DNA from: Eledone cirrhosa
Lineage: Eukaryota
Assembly: GCA_964016885.1 (NCBI GenBank)
Contig: OZ024745.1
Coordinates: forward strand, 65,968,001-66,032,000
Reading direction: 5' to 3'
Length of the DNA stretch: 64,000 bases
In this document: positions 53,378 to 64,000 of the stretch, piece after piece
Layout: each line of letters starts with the position of its first letter
Position numbering within the stretch: the first letter of the stretch is position 1
Translations under genes and position numbers: made by a program
Notes under the pieces: generated by a model
What the model was told of the DNA's origin: nothing
Database searches by the model: none
What the model saw: only the letters and a program-made list of their open reading frames with translations

Positions 53378-53840
53378 AATGACCAGAAGTCGACCTTAAA
53401 TATATACTAATAGCTCTAGGAAAGCCATGAACGACACCACATCTTTTTAGCTTTGATTTTGAAATTAGGTTTATAATTATCAATTTTCAATATACTTTTG
53501 TAGCAGTCTCGGTGGCCTAGTTGGAGGAATCATAGCCGGTGGTGATCCTGCTCTGACGTTCGATCTCGGTCGGGAGTAGGGTTCCCGGTAAACCTTTTCA
53601 GTTTTTATCTATTTGTTGTAAAATAAAAACTGAAAAAGATTACATATATTTCTTGACCAGGAATGAAACCAGGGTCAGGATCTCACCGCCTCTAGTACCT
53701 ACCGGTAGGCCACAGAGACAATTAAGAAAATCTTATGAACATTCATACTTATAAAACTATTTTCAAAACAGAGTGTTGTGGTGTCATTCATGCCTTTCTT
53801 AATGTTATTGCTCCTACTTAAGGTTGACTTCTAAATCATT
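53378..53840. mobile_element. Diverged 460-bp palindromic (MITE-like) element with a tRNA-like head in each arm
   Basis: Arms align in reverse complement (agaagtcRaccttaa, catgaaYgacaccaca, ttttgaaa). tRNA-like heads at 53506-53576 (+) and 53649-53719 (-). Centre ttttcagtttttat/ataaaaactgaaaa. Confidence 0.7.
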
Positions 53841-54274
53841 TGGGTGTTCCATAAACTACACCCTCGTTTTGTTTCTCATCTATCTAGACTACATTTTAAC
53901 CTGTAATCCATGTTTCATTTCTGTTGCACTTCATTTCTCCCCCATCTCATTGATATTGAAAATGATATTGGGCAAAACAGTCCAGAAAAATATAATTCTA
54001 AATAGCTTAGTAAACCCGTAAGTCACTGTAATTCTGCCATTAGTGTAAGCGTCTCTCTAAGAAGATACAAGCTGCCATTGGTCAATACACCAACAGGACA
54101 GTTTCAAAATAAACCGAAAGGCACATAACTAGAGCAACCCATCCACTTTTGGCATGGCTCATAAAGACAACAACAGGGAGATCCGTAAAGATCAGAATCA
54201 CGTAACGAAATGTTCCATATTTTTATAATCTGAAACTTCACTTGCTTGAAATGTAGTGAGAACTGTAAAATAAG

Positions 54275-54336
<62 letters not shown>

Positions 54337-56656
54337 ATAAATATGCCTAAACATATATCTTCACTTTTCACAGAACAAATATGTTTGAATATTCCCCAGG
54401 AAGTATAGACTTTAGGGTATTGGGATTTTTAACAGCTAACAGCCCAAGAGAAAAGTCTTCTCAATTAGAGTTGTTTCTACTTTAGATTCACAGAAATATT
54501 GTTGAAAGTTCTTTAATCGTTATAACGTTTGTTAAAATCTTTGTTTGTTTTTACATTTTCTTAACAAATATAACACTACTGTATACATTTGTGTGAAAAA
54601 TACATCCTGTTAGTAAACGAAGTTAAGCCACATGAAAAATACTACCAAATAAATACCACTGAATAAGTTTTCCCAAATGATAAGAAATTCTAATTCTGAT
54701 TACATATATTAAATCCTGCTCGGAAACAGGCTCCGGTTTGATATATTGTTTATTTTTATACGTTATTTGATGAATACGGACGTCATTTTCTCAATAGATT
54801 AGATTTAGAAAGACTATTTCACAAACGAGCTCTAAAACCAGCTTCAAAAAAGCAAATTTCTTTGCTCGTTTTATTGTATTGATTTCTTTTGATAAGATTC
54901 ATCACTCTCTTTTTATTTTAAAAGCTGTCTAGCTTTCTTTGTGGTTCTTTCTTTGCTCTGCTTATTATTTAGATTATGCTATATTTTACGTGCATCTTAA
55001 AATTGCATTTGCTCTTGTTTGTAGCTATTTTTTAAACTAGTTATATTTATTATTCATGAGAAAGCGTCATAAATATGTTTCTGAAAGCATTCTCCAGACA
55101 TTTGATTGGTGTATCATTTATATGGTTAATAATTGGAATTATTTGCATAATAATTATTATATGAAACTATGCATGAAATAGAACTAAATCTGTTTTAGAC
55201 ACTTGACATGTATTTAACAGCTTGTATTTAATTATGGGCATGAAACAAGGAAAATGGGCTATTTTTATAGTTCATAGTCATATTCACTAACTCTTTATTC
55301 GTTGTGTATAATGATTTCTAAAAATAATTTATATAATTGTATTTTTTATTCATGCAGTTGTTTAATGTTATTACAGGAATTAGCGATGTTTATTCTGCAA
55401 GTATTGAAAGCTAGCATTCCAAACAGTTCACGTAACGTTGTTTGGCAAACTTATAATCAAAGACGTTCGAGAGAGAGTCAGCAGATCTTTGTTTTATGAA
55501 TAATGTAGGCGGTTCCACAATATCGAGTGAGTTCTTCATTTAATAAGAGAGAAGGATACAATTTCAGACAGATGTATTAGCTATTTACAGCATGAATTCA
55601 GAATTTTCTGCGATGACTTGTTATATCTGCAGTTAAACTGCACGGTTGATTCTGTAATCACGAAAGACGAGCATAACAAAAGGTAGTGACTATGTACGCC
55701 AGTCAATTTTGAATACACTAAACGACTATTTTATTTATGACCCCACAAACTGTCGCATTCGGATAGTATGGGTCAATTGGTGTATACACACAATTCAACT
55801 AATCATAACCCTTAAAGTAAATTCTCTATCTACTACAATTGCTATAACTGTATGCTATCTATTATTATTATTATTATTGAATGCTATGGTTGACGGAGGC
55901 TCGGCTCTGTAAGGTATTGTAAATTTTGACCGCTATAACAATTGTAAATTGTTTAAAACTTTTACCAACTTGTAGACAAAAACACCCTCCTCCTCGTGAG
56001 AGGGGTCTTTCTGCCCGTTATTTAGCCCTTGGGGATTAAATAACTGTTTATTGGGGTTTTGTGCCCAATATTTATTTTAAACAAAAAAACAACATGGCTA
56101 CGAAAAAGAATTTTCATAGGTCACTCCCACTCATTCCGTCTTCTTCTTCCTCAATCGTCACTACAGCAGAGAGAAGATTGTCTCTCTCCCTCCCTTCTTT
56201 AAATGTGTATCTCTCCTTCCCTTCTCTTTCGCAAGCGACGACAGAAAAGAAAAGTCTCGTGCAAAGCGTGCAAGATTTCTCCACGACGACGACGACGACG
56301 AAACAGGTGTGCGGGAAATACGAAAACCCATTTCATTCGTCTGACGTCAGGAATAATAGCAGTAGTAGCCGTAATAACAACAGCAACAGTGACAATGAAA
56401 ACAACAGTAGCAGCCGCAACAGCATCAGCAGCAACATAAACAACAACAGCATTAGCAGCAACAACAACAACCACAGCAACAGCGGCGGCGGCAGTAGTCG
56501 TAGTACCTGCAGCAACAACAAAAGTAACAGCAGCTCTGACGACAACAACAACAACAACAGCAGCAAAGAAAAACCAATCTCGTTTCGTTTGCAGGTATCG
56601 CGAAGAACCTGGAAACAATCCTCATAACAAATGAGGAATTAGAGGAAGCGAAGAAG

Positions 56657-57829
56657 ATGGTGACAAAAACCGGACACCGAGCAATCTACAAGGCAGCGGA
56701 AAAATTTTTCGAAACCCAACAGCACTGTACGGTCACGTACCGTACAGTAAGTACAAAATCCCGTAGGGTGGAAAGAGCCACAGAGGCTCAAATACAAAAA
56801 GCCTTGGGGTCTGTGTGGCAGCGGAAAACGCACATCACCCGAGGCAAGAAATATGCCACCGTAGACGTACTTTTTGCCACACCCCAGGAGGCAAAGGCTC
56901 AATCCGTAGTGACCCTAAGGAGCGAGGAAATGGTGTTGGTGCCCTCCTACTGCGGGCAAAAAATTGTGAGGGTCAAACTGACCCACGTCCCCCTCGGGAT
57001 GGCCCCTTCTTGGCTGGCCGCGTCTGTCCTCGTCGGATTCGAGGACAAAACAACTGTATTACAAGTACAGAAAAAGGTAAGAGAAGATTGGGTCGGCACC
57101 TCCATTGAGATGTTAATCCAAACCAACCAGGAGTGCATCGAAGCTATCCAGGATGTGATAGACTTCGATAACGGCACTCAACTGCCTATAAGTGTTGAGG
57201 GCAAACGCCCGAAATGCCTTCGCTGTGGATCGAAGACTCACCTCAGGGCCTTCTGCAACGAGAAGACCCTGAGAAAGGAGAAAACCACCCTCCTTCCGAA
57301 ACCGGCTCCACGGCTACCAGCAACAGGACAAGCGGCAACCAGGAACGATAGGTCCGTGGCACCCATACCCACGCCACGGAAATCAAAAACAGCAGCAGCA
57401 GTGGCAGTATTAACAACAACAACAACAACAGCAATACCAAATGCAGCTGCAACAGAGACTCCAGTGCAAACATCACCAACAACAACAAGTGAAAGAGTGG
57501 AGCTGGTACCCCTCCCCGACCTCACAGAATCAGACATGGAGTGTGAGGTGGGAGAGGGATGGCAAAAGGTCGTAAGAAGGCACAAACGCAGAAGCAGTGC
57601 ATCGTCGCCTTTGAAAAGGGAGGAAAGAAATGAAAAAAGGGTAAAGTCTACTGCAAAGAGACTCACAGCAGCAACACCACCAACACCATCACCATCCACA
57701 CTAGCACCACCATCACCACCGGCGACAACCCCACCGCCAACAACAACAACACCTTCAACACCACCACCACAAGCACCAACATCGCAAACACAACAAAACA
57801 CACACATCCAGCAAAAACGACAAGAATAA
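56657..57829 (+). CDS. LINE ORF1 (gag-like nucleic-acid-binding protein), core part
   Basis: CLRCGSKTHLRAFC (CX2CX4HX4C), basic GWQKVVRRHKRR motif, Pro/Thr-rich tail; lies directly upstream of ORF2. Confidence 0.85.
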   Translation: MVTKTGHRAIYKAAEKFFETQQHCTVTYRTVSTKSRRVERATEAQIQKALGSVWQRKTHITRGKKYATVDVLFATPQEAKAQSVVTLRSEEMVLVPSYCGQKIVRVKLTHVPLGMAPSWLAASVLVGFEDKTTVLQVQKKVREDWVGTSIEMLIQTNQECIEAIQDVIDFDNGTQLPISVEGKRPKCLRCGSKTHLRAFCNEKTLRKEKTTLLPKPAPRLPATGQAATRNDRSVAPIPTPRKSKTAAAVAVLTTTTTTAIPNAAATETPVQTSPTTTSERVELVPLPDLTESDMECEVGEGWQKVVRRHKRRSSASSPLKREERNEKRVKSTAKRLTAATPPTPSPSTLAPPSPPATTPPPTTTTPSTPPPQAPTSQTQQNTHIQQKRQE

Positions 57830-58240
57830 TAGCAGAACCACACCCCACCCCCAGAAAAACAAATGCACGGCAATAAATACACACAACAAGAAACTAATGA
57901 CTTACATAATTGAACACACAGACATTTCACAACACGACTACATAATACCAGCACCAATCAAAACGCCAACTAACATAAGACTGCTAAAAATAGCACAGAA
58001 ACAATACACAAACATTAAAACGAAATTCCCCAACGCAGTTGGTGATTTCAGAGACCTAGGAGGAACTATCAACCGAAGAGTATATTCGGACATACTCGTA
58101 GAAGAGCCGATGACCAGCCGAAGGGACGATTCAACGGTCCCTTCACCAGACGATCAAGTGAAAAGGGATGTAAAAACGATCCCTCCTCTACGAAAAGTAC
58201 GGTAAGTGGTCTTTCCCATCTTTTCCACTCTATTTTAAAC

Positions 58241-61200
58241 ATGACCTCACTCAGAATAGGCAGCATAAATGCGCGTGGCTTGGGGTCGTCATGGAAGCAG
58301 GGCCACCTGCTCAACGACCTCAGGTCACTAAACATAGATGTAGTGGCCATCAGCGAGACCAGAATCTCCGAAGCACGGGCCTTCGCACCGACCTTCGGCG
58401 GCTACGATGTGTACGCATCTCCCAGCCGTCCTGGATCGGGGGGAGGAGTTGCTGTGCTTTTTCGGAGAGGTTTGGATCTCGCCATACGGGCCATCTTCCT
58501 GGACCCAGAGGGTAAGTTGGTGGTGCTGGACGTGACCAGCGGAAACGGGCAAGCTTTCAGGCTAGTGGCCGTCTATGCCCCGACAGGAGCAGGGCGGCCT
58601 GATTTCTTCCGGCGTCTGGAGACCTTTCTTGGAACGTCCCGCTCTTTAGTGTTAGTGGGCGACTGGAACGGGATCTTAGATGCACGCTGGGACTGTGTCG
58701 GATTAGCGGATAGGGGTGGAGGGTGCAAGAGTCTCACCAACCTGCTCAGGCGTTTTGAACTGTCTGACAGGTACCGATTGGATTTCCCGAATGTGCCAAT
58801 GTGGACTTGGACAAATCGCATAGGGTCATCCAGATCATATCTAGATAGAGTATTTTGTAGGGAAATAGATAGGTCTAGCATAGGCTGTCCACAATTCAAG
58901 ATAGTCAGCTACACGGACCACAAATTCGTGATCTGTGTGCTTGACTTAGATAGGCTTCATAGACGAGGACCCGGCTACTGGAAGCTAAACGCGTCCTTAC
59001 CAGCGCGCAAGGCCTACAGAGACCGGATTAGCGAACTAGTTAAGCGGGCGTTGACGGGGGCCATCGTCAACAACAAGTGGTGGTTTGCTCTGAAAAGAGC
59101 GATTAGAATAGAATCCATTAGCTTTAGTAAGGCTTTAGCAATAGAGAAAAATAGAGCAGAGGGAGAACTAGTTAAAAAATTAGACGAGGCGCTTAGCAAA
59201 GGCATTGCGACCGACGTGCTTGCGGCGAATTTGGCCATTGACCAATTCTTCAATGCAAAGCACGAAGGCTGCGTTGTCAGAGCAAGGGTGCGTGCTCTCA
59301 GACACGAGGGGACGAAAGCCGTTCAATGGGCCCGAGTGGCGGAGGCGCGTCGTGGCAACAAAGCCACGATCCGGTCTTTGGTGGACCACGACGGGTGCAT
59401 GCTACTCGATCCAGGGCAAATGTGTGAAGCTTTTCAGCGACACTTCGCTCAACTGTTCGGGGGCAGGGGTGGGCCGGGTCGAGGGATGGACTTTAGTGTC
59501 TACCTCGACGGACTGCCGCGGCTCTCGGCCACTGAGGCGAAGCGTTACGAAAAGCCGATAACAGCCGCTGAAGTAAGGGAGGCAATGACTGGCTGCACAA
59601 GGGGTAAATCGCCTGGTTTGGATGGTCTGCCCTGTGAACTTTACGTACAGATGTCAGACTTGTTCGGAGGCCTCTTGGCGGACGTCTACTGCAACTGGCA
59701 ACAGAACGGGAGAATTCCCAGTTCTGTGAGCCGAGGAGCGGTGGCACTGCTGAGAAAGGATCCGAACAAGGGGGATAACATAGATAATTTCAGGCCCATA
59801 ACTCTGCTAAACACAGAGTTCAAGATTTTGGCCAAGGTGCTAGCAAAGCGGTTGGCGCTTATCGTTGGTGGTCTGGTGGGCGAGGCGCAGACGTGCACCA
59901 TTCCCGACAGATCCATCCACGACAACCTCCACCTCATGCGATACATCGTAGAGAGTGTAGCTAGGGAACCTGGCACGGGTGGGTCCTTGATCAATTTAGA
60001 TCAGTCGAAAGCTTTCGATAGGGTCGACCATCGTTACCTAGCGGCAGTCCTGAGGGCGGCTGGCTTTGGGCCCGTCTTCAGAGGCTGGATCGCTGCCATG
60101 CACAGCGACATCTGCTCTGTGGTGAGAGTGAACGGTCACCTGTCGGAACCGTTCAACATCATGCGCTCGGTCCGCCAATGATGTCCCCTCTCGTCCCTCT
60201 TGTACGTATTGACTCTCGAGCCATTACTGCACAAACTGGAGACGTTGAGGAGCGTCCCGCGCGAACTAGGATGCGGAAGATCCGTGTCAGCATATGCGGA
60301 CGATGTCACCGTAGTGGTGTCGAACGCCAAACACATCGAGCCGATCGGCACTACACTAAGAGAATACGAAGCGGTGACAGGAGCAATGATCAACCAGGAA
60401 AAGTCAGTGGGCCTGCAGCTCGGCACCTGGAGAGGCAGGTCCATGCCGTCCAAAAGTGTCGTCGGACGCTGGACGGACGGACCGGTTAAATTGCTAAGAG
60501 TCTAGTTCGGTCCGGACCTCCAGACGGACAAAAACTGGGACGAGGTGACGAGCAGGGTGGCTTCTCTCACCCAGAAATGGGCGGAGAGGAAGCTATCCCT
60601 GAAAGGTCGAGCGGAGGTGGCTAACGCGTACATCGCGTCTGTCATCTGCTACCGCCTGACCGTCGTACCTTGTCCTAAGCCTCGCCTGACTGCGCTGGAG
60701 CGTTTGCTCTTTCGCTTTTTGTGGAAGAGACGCGCTCCGATGGTCAGGCGGTCCATCTGTTGTCAACACCCGCTACGTGGAGAGCTGGGCATGCCGTGGC
60801 TGATGATGCGCAGGCACGCGCTCAGGCTACGACATCTCCACCTCTTCCTCGACGGTGATCAGGTGTGGTCGCCGTTTGCTAGACACGTATTTCCCCAGCT
60901 CGTTTCCTTGACGGAGCTGCAGTCCTGGGTCAAGCGAAGACCGAGAGGGAGCGCCTGGAGACTGGAATGTCTTCAGGCGCTCACAGCCCTCGACCAATCG
61001 GGCAATGTGATCGGTGGAAACTCCACCTCGGCGTTCTATAGAGGATTAGTGGAGGGGAAGAGCGACGACGTACTTGGGGAAACTCTAAGCATCGACGAAA
61101 ATCAACTAGCCAATCTCTTCGGAAGAACTTTCGGGCCAGGGCCTATGGACAACTTCCAGAAATCTCTGGCCTGGCAGTGCTACCGAGGAGCCTTGCCAGT

Positions 61201-61659
61201 TCGGGATAAACTCTACAGGCATGGAGGTGTCGTCAGCCGGGCATGTCCTAGATGCGCGCAGGGCGACGAAACCGTCCTGCACGCACTCGTCCAGTGTCCG
61301 AAAATTGCTGACTTGTGGGTTTATGTCAAACAGCTGCTGTCGCGTGTAGGACGGATCCGGCTATCATCTGAGTCCATCGTGAGGATTGCCCCGCCCTCCT
61401 CCTTTAGCCGGGAAGGGCAGGCAGTTTTTATCTGTCTGGTGGCCATGGCGAAAGAGATAGTATGGTGGACACGTTTGAAAGGGCTGAAGACGAGCACTTA
61501 CCTCTTCGGTGATGCTCTGATTGACTTTTTCAAATTTCATTTGAAAAGGAAAATCAGAGTAGAGAGGGAAGTGCTCTCTTCCCAGCATTTTGTTGAAAGA
61601 TGGTAAATGAAGCAAGAATGGCCCGAGTGAATGGGCCTACTCTGAGTATATATCTGTAA
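58241..61659 (+). pseudogene. LINE ORF2: AP endonuclease + reverse transcriptase + C-terminal zinc finger
   Basis: SINARGL, SET, VYAP, GDWN, SYLD, TDH, KSPGLDG, FRPITLLN, DQSKAFDRV, RQ*CPLS, YADD, CPRC...H...C. In-frame stops at 60179 and 60503; late frameshift near 61604. Confidence 0.95.
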
Positions 61660-62289
61660 ATTAAAGGTGGAAAACTGGGAGAGGGCACTTGCCTTGGTGG
61701 TCAGGGTCACTGTGGCCTTTTACTGGGCTTTCTCCACAAATGTGCCTCGGAAGTCTCCCCCCTATTGGGGAATTTTTCATTGTTATTTTTTGTTACATCC
61801 TCTGTTTTTGTTTTTACACGCAGAAATGCCCATTTGTACCGTACTGTATTGTCCTGCACTGTCCTTAATATCTACTTTATGTAAACCGTTGTGGTTAATA
61901 AAGAAATCATTATTAATAGTGGGATTATAGCTACTACTACTATTGTTATTATTATTTTATTATTTATCTGTATTTAGACATGTATTATGTGCTTTCTACT
62001 CATACCCCTCTCAATTTACGCATTCCATTCTTTTCTATTTTCTCACCTATTGGCACACATAACTCGCGCGCCCCAGCCTCTGTGTTGTGATTGGGTTTGA
62101 TTTACTTACTGTGACCTTGTAAACAATAACCCCTGTTTTCTAAGTCCCATCCAGCAGACATGTAATGTTGTTACTACATGAGCACCTCACGACTTGCCTT
62201 AATTTTTTATTTTACTGTCTTGCTTTAATTATTACAGACATTTAACTGCATAAATCTCCATCACCGGCAATAAAGTTTGTTGTCTTCTA

Positions 62290-62497
62290 AGCCGAAGGTT
62301 CAAAAGGCCGCTGCTTATCCCTAGTTTCCTTGGTGTTAAGCAACTGAGAGTATAAAATTCCCCCTGGATAGGACGCCAGTCTACCACAGGAATAACTTAT
62401 CAGACACTGCTGGTACTCACACTAATCTGAATGTAATAGAAGCATGAAGAGTTTTGCTCAAGAACACAACACAGCAGCCTGTCCAGGAATCGAACCG
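62290..62497 (-). mobile_element. tRNA-derived SINE (third family)
   Basis: Minus strand: ggttcgattcctggac B box, tgtgttcttgagcaaaactc, gactggcgtcctatccaggggga body. Confidence 0.65.
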
Positions 62498-63016
62498 ATG
62501 GCACTACGCGGTCTAAATATATTACTTTGTGTATAAATTATTTGTTAACCTGTTTATATGTTTTAATTCCGGCACCCACCCCTCTAGTTAACCTGTATGC
62601 CTTAATATATCAGACAAATAATCATGCAGGCGTCGTTGGGAAGAGACAAAATGTTCTCTACTTGTCACACAGACTTAATTCACTCGTAGAAGGCTTGATT
62701 GAGATATTCAAGTACTGGAAATAATCACTATTCCAAATATTTACAGAAATCAAATTGAACCTAACATGGTTGACGATCAATTTGCTGCTGTATCATACAA
62801 CCTCGCTTTTATATAACATATATGATTTACCTCTATATTTACATATTGATGGATGGCGCTTTCTAAATATAGAATTAAATATAGGTCGGTACACATACAC
62901 ACATACATAATACATACACACACACAAACGCATATATATATATGTGTGTGTGTGTTTGTCTGTGTGTCTGTGTGTCTGTGTCTGTGTGTCTGTGTGAGTG
63001 TGTGTGTATATATATA

Positions 63017-63055
<39 letters not shown>

Positions 63056-63100
63056 ATATATATATATACATATATATATATATAAATATAAATGGAATAG

Positions 63101-64000
63101 AATGAAACGAAATTTCTTTTCTCACTCTTAGTACGGCACTTACTTAAATGTAAGTATGTATGTATACGTACATACATATATGTATACAGACGTTCCTGTG
63201 TCAGTGTTGAACAAAAAGGTGACGTGGTTGCCTAAACACTGTACGGCGTAATTCGGTCTGTCTGTTTGTTTACAAACAAACAAACCGAGCATTATAATAA
63301 ATGTTCGGTAAATCTAAATAGATACGCCTTTAGCCTCGACGTAGTCTCCCTCTACACTACAGTCCCCGCTCATCCAGCTGTCGATTTATTGACAGACTGC
63401 GTGGTCGCAGAAGACATCCACTGCTACGGCCTCCACCCGATGGACATACACCAGCTTTTGTCCTTCACAGTAGACAACACGTACTTCACCTTCCACCACA
63501 ACACATACAGACAGACAACAGGATTACCCATGAGATCCAGCCTATCGGGCCTGCTGGCCATCACCTACATGAACCAGCTAGAATGCCGAGCCCTCAACAC
63601 CTGCCATTCCCATACCTTCTTCACCCGATATATAGATGTCATACTCATCTTTACATCATCCCGTGAGGAGGCAGATAAAATATACACAACATTCTCCAGC
63701 ATGGACGCCAGTATAAAGTTCAGCATGGAACACCCCGATGACCGCGGATCCCTATCCCCACTGGACGTCCAACTCAGGGTAACAGAGGAAGGCAACATCC
63801 ACACCTGCTTCTATAAAATAGCCGCCAGCAGGGACCTGTTCGTACATTTCAGATCGGCCCTCCCAGCCGGCGCTAAGCTCGGATACATAAGGAACGAAAT
63901 ACACGTATCCGGAACAAATGCACCGACGCTAGAGATCGAGACACACACACCACACATTTCCTGGAAGTACTCAAACTGAACGCATACACGACATCCACCA
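63101..64000 (+). mobile_element. Penelope-like element with rearranged/inverted pLTR, runs off the window
   Basis: 63101-63187 matches 1114-1196 and 63191-63313 matches 1912-2025 (opposite orientation of the unit); PLE RT follows. Confidence 0.85.
63322..63979 (+). pseudogene. PLE reverse transcriptase fragment
   Basis: AFSLDVVSLYTTVP, YRQTTGLPMRSSLSGLLA, RYIDVILI (catalytic DD mutated), IKFSME, LDV. Confidence 0.9.

Larger units (their letters stand above)
55928..61910 (+). mobile_element. Near full-length L1/Tx1-clade LINE (5' boundary approximate)
   Basis: Zinc-knuckle ORF1, APE-RT-zinc finger ORF2, and a 3'UTR ending in aataaa near 61900. Confidence 0.93.

Noticed and set aside
53506-53576. 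tRNA gene
   Set aside because: Only A/B-box similarity; no complete cloverleaf, and it is part of a larger palindrome. The same applies to the degenerate head near 16705-16780.
57238-57957. 239-aa antisense ORF and other antisense ORFs over the LINE
   Set aside because: Shadow frames of low-complexity or GC-rich sense coding sequence.
63266-63321. N-terminus of the 237-aa ORF as a real start
   Set aside because: It lies in pLTR sequence homologous to 1977-2025 and is fused in frame to a truncated RT by chance.

Overview
AT-rich, microsatellite-dense eukaryotic intergenic or intronic DNA, most likely from an octopus or other coleoid cephalopod (inferred from the SINE families and repeat landscape, not proven). 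No host protein-coding gene can be firmly supported, and most ORF-track entries are microsatellite artefacts. The window is a mosaic of mobile DNA: (1) a near-intact L1/Tx1-clade LINE at about 55.9-61.9 kb plus two relics; (2) four coding Penelope-like retroelement (PLE) fragments and several non-coding PLE terminal-repeat remnants, nearly all embedded in (TA)n; (3) an internally deleted Ty3/Gypsy element; (4) RTE relics and two copies of an RTE-derived non-autonomous element; (5) tRNA-derived SINEs, some in head-to-tail arrays; (6) mariner, hAT and Helitron remnants. The main unexplained signal is at the RNA level. By eye I find at least six sequence-unrelated type I hammerhead-ribozyme (HHR) folds, about 11 copies, at the TA-proximal ends of the PLE repeats. 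They include canonical cores with palindromic helix III, a compensatory U3-A8 core (UUGAAAA) in two unrelated PLE families, and solo back-to-back HHR palindromes. There is also a nested double-hairpin element and a possible degenerate HDV-like fold at the 5' end of the Tx1 LINE. All folds and alignments were made manually and need computational confirmation.
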